Positions 32,008 to 41,989 of a stretch of 64,000 nucleotides of DNA are shown one piece after another. The translations under genes and the position numbers were made by a program. Source of the stretch: Candidatus Zambryskiibacteriota bacterium (GTDB lineage Bacteria > Patescibacteriota > Minisyncoccia > Phycocordibacterales > WO2-35-19); the NCBI GenBank assembly GCA_048499675.1, contig JASNZL010000004.1, positions 28,463 through 92,462 on the forward strand, in the 5' to 3' direction. Under the pieces are notes generated by a model that saw only the letters and a program-made list of their open reading frames with translations, was not told where the DNA came from and ran no database searches. Each line of letters starts with the position of its first letter. Position 1 is the stretch's first letter.

Positions 32008-33309
32008 ATGAACAAATCACAAGACACAAAAACAGACCAAAATTGGCCATATTTAGTAAACAAGAAAAACCTCTCAAAAATTCCACCCAAAGCTGGGGTT
32101 TATAAATTTTTAGGCAAAAATAATAAAATTCTTTATATTGGCAAAGCTACAAACCTCAAAAGTAGAGTGAGGAGCTATTTCTCTAAAGATCTGGAAGTAA
32201 AAAGAAGTCCGCTTATAAGTAAGATGGTTAATGAGGCAAAAAAGATAAAATATGAGGTTACAGAAACCGTATTAGAGTCTCTTATATTAGAAGCCCATCT
32301 AATAAAAAAATTCACACCGCCCTATAATACCGCAGACAAAGATCAAAAAAGTTTTTATTTTGTAGTCGTTACAAAAAAAAGTTTTCCAAGAATTCTTTTG
32401 GTAAGAGAAAGAGAAATTAAATCTGGAAAACTAAATTTTGAAATTGATGAATATTTTGGACCATACCCGCACGGAAGCGAATTAAAAGAAGCACTCAAAA
32501 TAATAAGGAAGATTTTTCCTTTTAGGGATAAGTGTAGTCCATATACAGAAGATTCAAAAAGCGACATAAAAAAGAAGCCGTGTTTTAATTTTCAAATTGG
32601 TCTATGTCCGGGAGTTTGTATTGGATTAATCAACGAAAAGGAATACGCAAAAACAATCAAAAATATAAAAACTTTTTTTAGAGGAAATAAAAAAAGTTTA
32701 ATAAAAGATCTTGAGAAAGAAATGAAATTGTTGGCTAAGAAAAAGGAATTTGAAAAAGCTTCTATAATAAAAAAGAAAATATTTGCTCTTAATCACATAA
32801 ATGACGTGTCCTTAATTCGCGCGAATAAGGAAGCGAGTATAAATAATTTTAGGATTGAAGCATATGACATCGCACATTTATCCGGCACAAATATGGTTGG
32901 TGTAATGACTGTAATAGAAAATGGGGAAATAAACAAAAAAGAATACAAAATGTTTAAAATAAAAGAGCAGAAGAACACAGACGACACAAAAGCTCTGAGC
33001 GAGATTTTGAGAAGGAGATTCAAACACAATGAATGGAATACACCAAACTTGATTGTTGTAGATGGTGGGGTTGCTCAGCTCAACACAGCAAAAAAAGTCT
33101 TAAAGGAAGCAGAAAAAAATCTTCCAATTGTTGCTGTCACAAAAGACGAGAGACACAAACCAAAAGAAATACTAGGAATTGAAGAATTAAAAAATATAAA
33201 GACTGAAACACTAAAAAACCAAATTCTCCTAGCAAATAGCGAAGCGCACCGATTTGCAATTAAGTATCATAGGAAAAGAAGAGGTAAATCAACTTTTATT
33301 GATGTTTAA
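32008..33309 (+). CDS. uvrC: Excinuclease ABC subunit C, lacking the C-terminal HhH domain
   Basis: GVY...YIGKA GIY-YIG, UVR coil, RIEAYDIAH, VDGGVAQL and EAHRFAI. Confidence 0.88.
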   Translation: MNKSQDTKTDQNWPYLVNKKNLSKIPPKAGVYKFLGKNNKILYIGKATNLKSRVRSYFSKDLEVKRSPLISKMVNEAKKIKYEVTETVLESLILEAHLIKKFTPPYNTADKDQKSFYFVVVTKKSFPRILLVREREIKSGKLNFEIDEYFGPYPHGSELKEALKIIRKIFPFRDKCSPYTEDSKSDIKKKPCFNFQIGLCPGVCIGLINEKEYAKTIKNIKTFFRGNKKSLIKDLEKEMKLLAKKKEFEKASIIKKKIFALNHINDVSLIRANKEASINNFRIEAYDIAHLSGTNMVGVMTVIENGEINKKEYKMFKIKEQKNTDDTKALSEILRRRFKHNEWNTPNLIVVDGGVAQLNTAKKVLKEAEKNLPIVAVTKDERHKPKEILGIEELKNIKTETLKNQILLANSEAHRFAIKYHRKRRGKSTFIDV

Positions 33310-33336
33310 TAAATATATTTTGTTATAATAATCAAT

Positions 33337-33714
33337 ATGCATTTTGGCGAACACGTTACAATAGATGGATACGGAGGGAACAAAGATAGACTTAATAACA
33401 AAGAGTTTGTTTTGGAAACTTTAAATGAGCTTCCAGAAAAATTAGGTATGCATAAATTATCCTCACCCGAAATTTACTTCGCAAAAGGAAACGACATAAA
33501 GGACCCAGGTGGTTGGAGTGGTTTTGTTGTGATAGAAGAGAGCCATATAAGCATTCATACTTTTCCGGATAAAGGTTTTTTGAGCGCAGATGTTTACACC
33601 TGCAAAAACGGAATGGATACAGATTATATAATTCAATATTTCAAACAAAAGTTTCTACTTTCTGATATAGAAAGTAATTTTATAATAAGAGGAACAAAAT
33701 ACTCTAAAATCTAA
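33337..33714 (+). CDS. speD: S-adenosylmethionine decarboxylase proenzyme
   Basis: ESHISIHTFP pyruvoyl cleavage motif and DVYTC. Confidence 0.88.
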   Translation: MHFGEHVTIDGYGGNKDRLNNKEFVLETLNELPEKLGMHKLSSPEIYFAKGNDIKDPGGWSGFVVIEESHISIHTFPDKGFLSADVYTCKNGMDTDYIIQYFKQKFLLSDIESNFIIRGTKYSKI

Positions 33715-33722
33715 ACACAACA

Positions 33723-34634
33723 ATGAATTGGTTTTTTATTGCCATACTTGCACCTTTTTTATGGAGTATAAGCAACTTTGTAGATAAATACCTACTTTCA
33801 AGCTTTTTTAAAAATAAGGGAATCGGTGCTCTTTTGATTTTTTCTTCTCTAGTATCAATAATAATGATGCCTATTTTTTTTGTAATGGATAGAAATGTTT
33901 TAGAAATACCATTATCCAATATAATTATTCTTGTACTGGGAGGAATCATAAGTGTACTCGCGATACTATTTTATTTGTATGCAATAAACAAAGATGATGC
34001 ATCCACAGTTGTTCCATTTTTTCAACTAATACCAGTTTTTTTATATATTTTTGGTTATTTTCTTCTTGGCGAATCACTCCAAAAAAACGAGATTATCGCA
34101 GGAATTTTAATTATTATAGGCGCTGGGATACTATCACTAGAAATACAAGAAGATAAAAGTATAAAGATCAAGAAGAAATTAGTTTTCTTAATGATTTTAT
34201 CATCGATGTTGTATGCTTTATACGAGGTATTATTTAAATTTATTGCTATAGAAAATAGTTTTTGGGTTTCAAATTTCTGGCAGCACTTCGGTCTGTTACT
34301 ATCAGGGTTTGTATTTTTTATTTTTTTTAAAAAATTTAGAACAGATTTTATTTCATTGTTTAAAAATAGTAAATCTAAAATAATTAGCTTAAATATATTT
34401 AATGAAATAATTACAATTATAGGAAACTTATTTATGCTTTTTGCAATATTACTAGCACCTATCGCAGTTGTTGGTTTGGTAAATGCCTACCAACCTTTGA
34501 TGGTGTTTGTGATGGGTATACTTCTAACTAAGTTCATACCAAAACTATACAAAGAAAAAATTGATAGTAGAAATATTTACCAAAAAATATTTGCGATTGT
34601 TGTGATATTTATTGGAACTTATTTGCTTTATTAA
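33723..34634 (+). CDS. EamA/DMT family transporter
   Basis: About 10 TM segments with two EamA repeats (LLGE motif). Confidence 0.85.
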   Translation: MNWFFIAILAPFLWSISNFVDKYLLSSFFKNKGIGALLIFSSLVSIIMMPIFFVMDRNVLEIPLSNIIILVLGGIISVLAILFYLYAINKDDASTVVPFFQLIPVFLYIFGYFLLGESLQKNEIIAGILIIIGAGILSLEIQEDKSIKIKKKLVFLMILSSMLYALYEVLFKFIAIENSFWVSNFWQHFGLLLSGFVFFIFFKKFRTDFISLFKNSKSKIISLNIFNEIITIIGNLFMLFAILLAPIAVVGLVNAYQPLMVFVMGILLTKFIPKLYKEKIDSRNIYQKIFAIVVIFIGTYLLY

Positions 34635-34637
34635 TAT

Positions 34638-35936
34638 CTAAAGATAACCCCATTTTTTTAGTTTAGATGCATTCTCGTTCACAAAATCTAAACCAATATC
34701 ATTTCTATACATCATTTTTGGTATAGATATTTTTTCAATTCGATTATAAACACTTTCTCTACATTTCTCTACCGTTTTTTCTACTCCCGTGACGTACATA
34801 ACATAGCCTCTATTATCGGATACATAATAATCATCGCTTTCTTTCCTTTTGGATACTTCCTCAAAGTGAATATGTGACATAAAATCTTCATCTTTTTTGT
34901 CAAAATAAATGTTCACATTCTTTAACAAATTTTCTTGCAATCTTGCAACGTAAGGAAATGGGGGTATAGCAACCAAAACAACAATCCCAAATCCTTTATT
35001 CCATTTTAAGTCGTAATCATTACCACTTGCCAGAGCATACAAAAATTCACCCCAAGGAGAAGTGTGTATTTCAGATTGTAGATGCACAATAGGGGAGCCA
35101 ACTCTCGCAGTACATTCTATGGCGGTAGCACCATTTTCGTTTACAATACAGTCAATCTCATAATCACCAACAAAACCTATCTCTCGCAAAAATGGTTCTA
35201 TTTTTTTCAGTGTATCAACATAGAGTTTTCCATTTAAGTTATCGTCATACCAACCCAATGTTCCCATCTCGCTTGTAAGTGGTCCTATATTTCCAGGAAA
35301 AAATCTCGGGTATTCTAGATTGTATTCAATCGGACCAACAAACTCTTTACCGTTGAAATATCTTCCGACCCCAATTTCTATACCAACCACTTTTTCTTGT
35401 AGGGTAATTTTCTCATTTCTAACCACTGGATTAGATAGATAATTTATAAGTAAACTTTTTGCATCTCTACCATCATCGTATTTTGGGACATAATTCAAAA
35501 CTTTTGAATAATGATGATTATTTTGTTTTATTACCCATGGTTTTTTGTTTTCATCTACGTAGTTTATAGCTTCTTTAATGTCATCAAAATCACGGAGTGG
35601 AGATGTTTTGATTTTATACTTGTTAAATATTTCATAACCAAATGATCTATCAAGCTCCACCTTGTCCCCCAACTTACTTCCTCCAAAAACTTTATATCCG
35701 TCTTTTCTTAATTCATCTTGATGGTGTCCGTAACCAACATCATCAAAAATAATCAGACCATCTTTCCCAACCCAATCTAGGCAATTTTTCCAATTATTGG
35801 TTTTTTTAACCATATTAGTAAAATTGCCCCGCCTCCTTTTATCGTCTATAAAGAGCTTTACATCGTGACCCTCCTTGGTCAGCAAATATGCAATATTACC
35901 CCCAATTAAATCATTTGATATAAAAAGTATTCGCAT
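34638..35936 (-). CDS. PurD-like ATP-grasp ligase
   Basis: FGGS...ELDRSFG, PWVIK, LQEKVVGIE, GPLTSEMG, IECTARVGSP and MYRNDIG resemble GAR synthetase. Confidence 0.75.
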   Translation of the reverse strand: MRILFISNDLIGGNIAYLLTKEGHDVKLFIDDKRRRGNFTNMVKKTNNWKNCLDWVGKDGLIIFDDVGYGHHQDELRKDGYKVFGGSKLGDKVELDRSFGYEIFNKYKIKTSPLRDFDDIKEAINYVDENKKPWVIKQNNHHYSKVLNYVPKYDDGRDAKSLLINYLSNPVVRNEKITLQEKVVGIEIGVGRYFNGKEFVGPIEYNLEYPRFFPGNIGPLTSEMGTLGWYDDNLNGKLYVDTLKKIEPFLREIGFVGDYEIDCIVNENGATAIECTARVGSPIVHLQSEIHTSPWGEFLYALASGNDYDLKWNKGFGIVVLVAIPPFPYVARLQENLLKNVNIYFDKKDEDFMSHIHFEEVSKRKESDDYYVSDNRGYVMYVTGVEKTVEKCRESVYNRIEKISIPKMMYRNDIGLDFVNENASKLKKWGYL

Positions 35937-35952
35937 TATAATTAAATAAAAT

Positions 35953-36102
35953 ATGAAAAATAAAAGAATTGCAATTATTATTATAACATTATGTATATCA
36001 TTATCTTATACATTTTATCAAACTGTGGTCCTTCAAAAAACCGAGGTTGTAAATATGCCAGATAGAGAAATACCTGAGGATTATAATAATACAAATGAAT
36101 AA
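35953..36102 (+). CDS. Small single-TM protein (49 aa) coupled to the histidine kinase; not in ORF track
   Basis: MKNKRIAIIIITLCISLSYTFYQTVV...NE*; the stop overlaps the kinase ATG (ATGAATAA). Confidence 0.6.
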   Translation: MKNKRIAIIIITLCISLSYTFYQTVVLQKTEVVNMPDREIPEDYNNTNE

Positions 36103-37762
36103 TTTTTTTAATAATTTGCCTTTATGTTTAGACGCTAACCCAGACATATGGGGGTTTTTTGATATAGATATAGCACCACCGCTTTTATTCTATTCATACA
36201 TGCCAATACTAATCATATCTGGCTTGTTGGGATTAATTATCTTTCATAAAAGGGAAGGTTCTCCACTAAATCGTGCATTTTTTGGAATTATGGTTTCTTT
36301 TATGATTTGGGTGGCGCTCATTCTAATCCAATGGACAGCCGTCCATCTTCACATTGTGCATTTTGCTTGGCAAGCATTAATATTTTTTGAGTTAGCTATA
36401 TATTTATTATCTATTTATTTCTGCTATTTCCTGATATACAAAAAGGATTTATCTACTTTTTTAAAAAATATACTATTCCTAATCAGCATGGTCGTAATAG
36501 TCCTTATACCAACAAAGTTAAATATTCAATCCTTTGATATAACTCACTGCGAAGGAGTGGTTGGTAAACTTTGGGACTTACAATATGTATTTGAAGCGAT
36601 AGCCATAATTACAATAGCATCAATGATAATTGATGGATTAATAAGTAGGAAGAATAAAATAAAATCTGAAGAAACAATCATATCGTTTGGAATTATGATT
36701 TTCTTGTTAGTTTTCTTCCTATCGAATTTGTTTGGTGAAATAACAAAATTCTACGACATAAACCTTGTCGGTCCAGTAGGAATGCTTTTCTTGTTTGCGC
36801 TTATGTCGTACGCAATTATTAAATACCAATCTTTAAATATAAAATTTTTTGGTACTCAGATTCTGGTAATAACACAGCTAATTTTTATATCCTCTTTATT
36901 CTTTATACAAAGTATTTACCACTTACAAATAATTGTTGGGGTTACTCTTTTAATAACAGTGCCGTTAGGATTTTTTGTCATCACTTCTGTCAAACGGGAA
37001 ATTGAACAAAGGGAAAAGATTGAAAGATTGGCGATTGATTTGGAAAAGGCAAACGAGAAACTTCAAGAACTTGATCAAATGAAGTCAGAATTCTTATCAC
37101 TTGCAACTCACCAAATCAGGGCACCGCTTACAGCCATAAAAGGTTATGCATCTATGCTTTATGACGGAGATTTTGGTGTACTTCCCGAAAAAGCAAAACA
37201 TTCTTCAGAAGTAATTATAAAATCTACCGAGACACTAATCACTATAGTTAACGATTTTTTGAATATTTCAAGAATAGAACAAGGTCGAATGGTTTATGAT
37301 AAAAGCACTTTCAAACTAAATGAGGTTCTCAAAGAAGTGGTCCTAGAAATTGAACCAAATATATCAAAAGCAAAACTTGAATTAAATTTAAATATAAAAG
37401 AAGGTCCGCAATACGAAGTAACAGCAGATAAGGCAAAAATAAAACAAATCATAGGAAACATAATTGATAATTCAATTAAATACACACAAAAAGGTTTTAT
37501 TCATATCAACTTATTTGAGGAAAAAGATATGTATAAAATTTCTATAAAAGACAGTGGTGTTGGTATAGATTCAAGTGAAATCAACAAACTCTTCACAAAA
37601 TTCTCAAGAACAAAAGATGCAAGTAAAGTAAATGTAATTGGTACTGGTCTTGGATTATATATAGCAAAGAAAATGATAACAGCCCAAGGTGGAGACATAG
37701 AAGTAAAATCAGAAGGACTAGGTAAGGGAACAGAATTCATAATTGACTTTCCAAAGAATTAA
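36095..37762 (+). CDS. Multi-TM sensor histidine kinase
   Basis: Hydrophobic N-terminal half; ATHQIRAPLT H-box, NIIDNSIKYT, DSGVG and GTGLGL. Confidence 0.93.
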   Translation: MNNFFNNLPLCLDANPDIWGFFDIDIAPPLLFYSYMPILIISGLLGLIIFHKREGSPLNRAFFGIMVSFMIWVALILIQWTAVHLHIVHFAWQALIFFELAIYLLSIYFCYFLIYKKDLSTFLKNILFLISMVVIVLIPTKLNIQSFDITHCEGVVGKLWDLQYVFEAIAIITIASMIIDGLISRKNKIKSEETIISFGIMIFLLVFFLSNLFGEITKFYDINLVGPVGMLFLFALMSYAIIKYQSLNIKFFGTQILVITQLIFISSLFFIQSIYHLQIIVGVTLLITVPLGFFVITSVKREIEQREKIERLAIDLEKANEKLQELDQMKSEFLSLATHQIRAPLTAIKGYASMLYDGDFGVLPEKAKHSSEVIIKSTETLITIVNDFLNISRIEQGRMVYDKSTFKLNEVLKEVVLEIEPNISKAKLELNLNIKEGPQYEVTADKAKIKQIIGNIIDNSIKYTQKGFIHINLFEEKDMYKISIKDSGVGIDSSEINKLFTKFSRTKDASKVNVIGTGLGLYIAKKMITAQGGDIEVKSEGLGKGTEFIIDFPKN

Positions 37763-37809
37763 CTAAAAAGATTAAAGTTTATATTAAACTAAGAATTAAC
37801 ACACAAAAT

Positions 37810-38262
37810 ATGCAAGAAAACATAGATCCGAAATTTTGGGAACAAAAATTAAAAGATGAGGGTTTAGATATCCAAAGAGGGGAACCTGAGGAGGTGCCCA
37901 TAGAAGCAATAGAAGAAAATACTCTACTGAAACATATAGACGAAGAAACAATGAAATCTTTTTCCCTTTTAAGTACCAAGATGCAATCAAATATTATAGA
38001 TTATTTAAAAGAGCAGAAATCCCTAGGAATTGATACCCGAACCGCTTTGGATAAGTTGAAAGAAGTAGTAGAAAAAAGCCTTCTTCTAGAAGGTATGGAT
38101 TCTGAGGATTCAGATAAGAATCATAAACCAGAAAATAATTCCGAGGTAGAACCTGTGATAGAGGAACTAATTGAAGAAACTGTTGATGGTCTTATAAGAA
38201 GATTAGAAAAAATAAGACACAAAGAACCAAATACAGAGAGTGATAATAGGTGGGTAAACTAA
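37810..38262 (+). CDS. Hypothetical acidic protein
   Basis: 150-aa ORF with genome-typical composition. Confidence 0.6.
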   Translation: MQENIDPKFWEQKLKDEGLDIQRGEPEEVPIEAIEENTLLKHIDEETMKSFSLLSTKMQSNIIDYLKEQKSLGIDTRTALDKLKEVVEKSLLLEGMDSEDSDKNHKPENNSEVEPVIEELIEETVDGLIRRLEKIRHKEPNTESDNRWVN

Positions 38263-38317
38263 ACATAATTAATGGTTTTTCTACATTTTTGAGATTATAT
38301 TTGGTAGAATACCGTCT

Positions 38318-39955
38318 ATGACTCAAAAAGAGGCGCTGGATATATTGAAAACTGGTAGAAACGTATTCCTGACCGGACAGGCGGGAAGTGGAAAAACTTA
38401 CGTATTAAGGCAATATATAAATCATTTAAAAGAATTAAATGCTTCTTTTGGTGTTACAGCTTCAACGGGAATCGCAGCAACTCATATGGAGGGTATAACA
38501 ATCCACTCTTGGTCTGGAATGGGTATTCGGGATAGTTTGACCAAAAGCGACATTCTAGAAATTGCCGACAAAAGCCACGTAAGAAAAAAAATAAAAGACG
38601 CTAGTGTTTTGATAATAGACGAAGTATCAATGTTGCATCATTACCGAATCGACATTATTGATGCAATAGTGAGAGAAGTAAAAAGTAAAAATGAACCATT
38701 TGGTGGAATGCAGGTAGTTTTTTGTGGTGATTTTTTTCAACTCCCTCCAGTAAGCAGAAGTGGGGAGAGAGAAAGTTTTTTTGCCTATCATTCAGATTCT
38801 TGGAAAAACCTAAATCCAAAAGTTTGTTATCTATCCGAACAGCACAGGCAAAACGACTTAGAATACCTAGAAATTTTAAACTCCATAAGAGGAGCAAACT
38901 TGAGTGAAAAAACAAAAAAATCTTTGATGGATAGATTGGGAATCAAATCAGAATTTTCTCCAACAAGACTTTATACCCACAACATAGATGTAGACAAAGA
39001 AAATAATCTGGAATTAGGGAATATAAGTGGAAAAGTTTTTGAATATGAAATGAGAAGTAAAGGCAACAGAAATCTTGTAGAGTCACTAAAAAAAGGATGT
39101 CTAGCCCCAGAAATTTTAAAACTAAAAGTGGGTGCAAAAGTAATGTTTGTTAAAAATAATTTTGAGGAGGGTTATGTAAACGGAACGGTGGGAATAGTAG
39201 AGAAGTGTGATTACGAAGAGATACAAGTGAGAACAGTTTCTGGCAAACTAATTGATGCAAAAAGAGAATCTTGGGTTCTAGAAGAAGACGGCAAAATAAA
39301 AGCAGAAATAGACCAGTTTCCACTGCGTCTCGCTTGGGCAATTACAATACACAAAAGCCAAGGAATGTCCCTTGACTCTGCAGAAATTGATTTGGGAAAA
39401 GCTTTTGAAAAAGGGATGGGCTATGTGGCACTATCTCGAATTAGGACCCTTAATGGCCTATTTCTAAAAGGAATTAACGACAGGGCTCTGGAGGTAAATG
39501 ATGAGGTTTTGCGCCACGATAAAAAATTTAGGGAACTTTCAGAAAAAAACTCTTTTCATATTAGAACAATGGGAAAACCAAAAATAGAGGAGTTGCACAA
39601 AGAATTTAAAGAAAAAATCAAAAACTCACCAAAAAAAGAGAAAAAGTTAGATACCGTTTCCGAGACCAAAGCACTTCTAGATCAAGGTTTTGGAATAAAA
39701 GAAATAGCAAAAATGAGAAGCCTGAAAGCGGGAACAATATTGGACCATATAGAAGAAATTAAGGATGAAGACCCAAGATACAATATTTATAATTTGAGAA
39801 AAGAGATAGGAGCTACCAAATTTAAAAATATTTACAGTGCTTTCAAAAAAGTAGGCTTGAGTGAGGATGGCAAATTTAGACTAGCCCCCGTAAAAGATCT
39901 ACTTGGTAGCAAATATTCTTACGACGACATTCGCCTCGTCCGATTATTTTTGTAA
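38318..39955 (+). CDS. PIF1-like SF1B helicase with C-terminal HTH
   Basis: TGQAGSGKT, IIDEVSM, GDFFQLPP, AWAITIHKSQG and YVALSR. Confidence 0.92.
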   Translation: MTQKEALDILKTGRNVFLTGQAGSGKTYVLRQYINHLKELNASFGVTASTGIAATHMEGITIHSWSGMGIRDSLTKSDILEIADKSHVRKKIKDASVLIIDEVSMLHHYRIDIIDAIVREVKSKNEPFGGMQVVFCGDFFQLPPVSRSGERESFFAYHSDSWKNLNPKVCYLSEQHRQNDLEYLEILNSIRGANLSEKTKKSLMDRLGIKSEFSPTRLYTHNIDVDKENNLELGNISGKVFEYEMRSKGNRNLVESLKKGCLAPEILKLKVGAKVMFVKNNFEEGYVNGTVGIVEKCDYEEIQVRTVSGKLIDAKRESWVLEEDGKIKAEIDQFPLRLAWAITIHKSQGMSLDSAEIDLGKAFEKGMGYVALSRIRTLNGLFLKGINDRALEVNDEVLRHDKKFRELSEKNSFHIRTMGKPKIEELHKEFKEKIKNSPKKEKKLDTVSETKALLDQGFGIKEIAKMRSLKAGTILDHIEEIKDEDPRYNIYNLRKEIGATKFKNIYSAFKKVGLSEDGKFRLAPVKDLLGSKYSYDDIRLVRLFL

Positions 39956-39977
39956 TTAAAAAAGGTATTCTATTCTT

Positions 39978-40838
39978 ATGAAAAATAATATAGAAATATG
40001 GACGGGGGAAATAGGGAGTTACAAACTGCTTGATAGTGGTGAAAGAGAGAAAATAGAAGAAATAGATGGTTTTAGAATTGTTAGACCTGAGCCGAGAGCT
40101 TGGTGGGGGAAAAGTGAAGCTAAGAGCTGGAATCTAGAAGCTAGAGAAAAACAAAAAAACGAATTTGAAACAGTAATTAATCTTGGAATAGGGGACATAA
40201 AAGCAAAAATAAAATACAAAAAAGGATCAAAACACATTGGCATCTTCCCCGAGCAGTTTCCACAATGGAAATGGGTTAAAGAACGAGTTACGAGGTACGA
40301 GGTACGAGGTACGAATAGAAAATTGAAAATTTTGAACCTATTCGGTTATACAGGTATTGCGAGTTTGGTTGCGGGAAGCGCGAGAGCTCTGGTCACTCAT
40401 GTTGACGCTTCAAAACAGAGTGTAGAGTGGGCAAAAGAAAATCAAAAATTATCAGGACTTGAAAACGCTCCCATTAGGTGGATCGTTGACGATGTCTTGA
40501 AATTTTTGAAAAGAGAACTAAGTCGGGGAGTTAAATACGACGCAATAATTATGGACCCCCCAAGTTACGGTAAAGGTCCAAAAGGAGAAGTTTGGAAGGT
40601 TGAGAGTAGTCTGACTCAACTACTTGATCTCTGCAAAAAACTCCTAAGCAATGACCCACAATTTATAATATTAAATATGTATTCAATAGAACTTTCTTCA
40701 ATATCCCTAAGAAATTTACTTGGTGATATTACAAAGGATTTGGGTGGGGAAATAATAAACGGCGAACTCACTCTAAAAGAAGAAGCGGGGGAGAGACTCC
40801 TTCCTTTATCCCTTTTTGCAATTTGGGATAAAAAATAG
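39978..40838 (+). CDS. Class I SAM-dependent methyltransferase (RlmI/K-like)
   Basis: LLDSG, GIFPEQ, LNLFGYTG, HVDAS and MDPPSYG. Confidence 0.88.
   Translation: MKNNIEIWTGEIGSYKLLDSGEREKIEEIDGFRIVRPEPRAWWGKSEAKSWNLEAREKQKNEFETVINLGIGDIKAKIKYKKGSKHIGIFPEQFPQWKWVKERVTRYEVRGTNRKLKILNLFGYTGIASLVAGSARALVTHVDASKQSVEWAKENQKLSGLENAPIRWIVDDVLKFLKRELSRGVKYDAIIMDPPSYGKGPKGEVWKVESSLTQLLDLCKKLLSNDPQFIILNMYSIELSSISLRNLLGDITKDLGGEIINGELTLKEEAGERLLPLSLFAIWDKK
40282..40314 (+). repeat. ACGAGGT heptamer array in frame within the methyltransferase CDS
   Basis: AACGAGTTACGAGGTACGAGGTACGAGGTACGA, same family as the intergenic arms. Confidence 0.85.
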
Positions 40839-40850
40839 TTTAATTAAAGT

Positions 40851-41804
40851 ATGAACAAAAGGATATTATCTGGGGTTAAACCCACAGGCAAACCGCATTT
40901 GGGAAATTACTTTGGTGCTATGCGCCAGTTTGTTGATTTACAAAATCAAAACGAGGGAGAGAATTTCTTTATGATTGCAAACTATCACGCTCTCAATTTT
41001 ATCCAAAATGGCGAAGAACTTAGAGAACTAACGGATAGTTTGATTATTGATTTCCTCGCAATAGGTTTGGACCCAAAGAAATCTAATATATTCAAACAAT
41101 CTGATGTTTCGGAGCACACAGAACTTGCTTGGATTTTTGATTCAATTACGACAGTCCCTTATTTGAAAAGAGCTCATGCTTACAAAGACGCACTAGCAAA
41201 GGGCGGGGAAGAGAGTGTGAGCGCTGGCACATTTACATATCCAATGCTTATGGCTTCTGACATTCTGCTCTACTCGCCGGACATTGTTCCTGTGGGCTAT
41301 GACCAAAAACAACACATTGAATTTGCAAGAGATACTGCAGAAAAATTTAATAGAATTTTCTCTGAAACTTTCAAAATGCCCGAGGATTATATTATTCCAA
41401 ATGTAGAAACAGTCCCCGGTATTGATGGTAAAAAAATGAGTAAGAGTTATGGAAATACAATAGGGCTTTTTGCAAACGATGAAGAAATTGAAGAAAAAGT
41501 GATGGCTATTGTTACAGATTCTAGTGGTGAAGTACCTACAAATGTTTATGCGATACATCGACTAATAAGAAATGAAGAGGAGATAAATAATATCTACGAA
41601 GATAATAAAGGTAAGTACAAAATACTAAAAGAAATTTTGATAGAAGATTTGAAAAATTTTATAAGACCTCTAAGAGAAAAAAGGCAAGAAATTGAATCAA
41701 ATAAAAACTATATTAGTGAAGCACTAAAAACAGGCACAGAAAGAGCCCGCGCGGTCGCGAGCTCAAAACTTGTTGAGGCCAAAGGAGCTATTGGTGCTCT
41801 TTAG
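40851..41804 (+). CDS. trpS: Tryptophan--tRNA ligase
   Basis: PTGKPHLGN, YPMLMASDIL, VPVGYDQKQH and KMSKS. Confidence 0.97.
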   Translation: MNKRILSGVKPTGKPHLGNYFGAMRQFVDLQNQNEGENFFMIANYHALNFIQNGEELRELTDSLIIDFLAIGLDPKKSNIFKQSDVSEHTELAWIFDSITTVPYLKRAHAYKDALAKGGEESVSAGTFTYPMLMASDILLYSPDIVPVGYDQKQHIEFARDTAEKFNRIFSETFKMPEDYIIPNVETVPGIDGKKMSKSYGNTIGLFANDEEIEEKVMAIVTDSSGEVPTNVYAIHRLIRNEEEINNIYEDNKGKYKILKEILIEDLKNFIRPLREKRQEIESNKNYISEALKTGTERARAVASSKLVEAKGAIGAL

Positions 41805-41934
41805 GTTCATTTGGCAAACGACGGATGTCCTCATCCACATCCTTACCAAAAAACAATGCTCGGCCAAGTGCAAGAATTGCTACACCGACCATAATCTGGA
41901 ATAATTTTCCAAAAATGAAGTGTGCATCCTCCAT
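41788..41934 (-). CDS. Small single-TM protein (48 aa); not in ORF track
   Basis: AAGGAGGG SD followed by MEDAHFIFGKLFQIMVGVAILALGRALFFGKDVDEDIRRLPNEPKEHQ*. Confidence 0.55.
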   Translation of the reverse strand: MEDAHFIFGKLFQIMVGVAILALGRALFFGKDVDEDIRRLPNEPKEHQ

Positions 41935-41952
41935 TTAAACCCTCCTTTTCCT

Positions 41953-41986
41953 TTGACAGGATAGTACAATTTTAATATAATGTCAA
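41953..41986. promoter_or_regulatory. Overlapping divergent sigma70 promoters
   Basis: Plus strand TTGACA(41953)-17-TATAAT(41976); minus strand TTGACA(41986)-17-TATCCT. Confidence 0.75.
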
Positions 41987-41989
41987 CTT

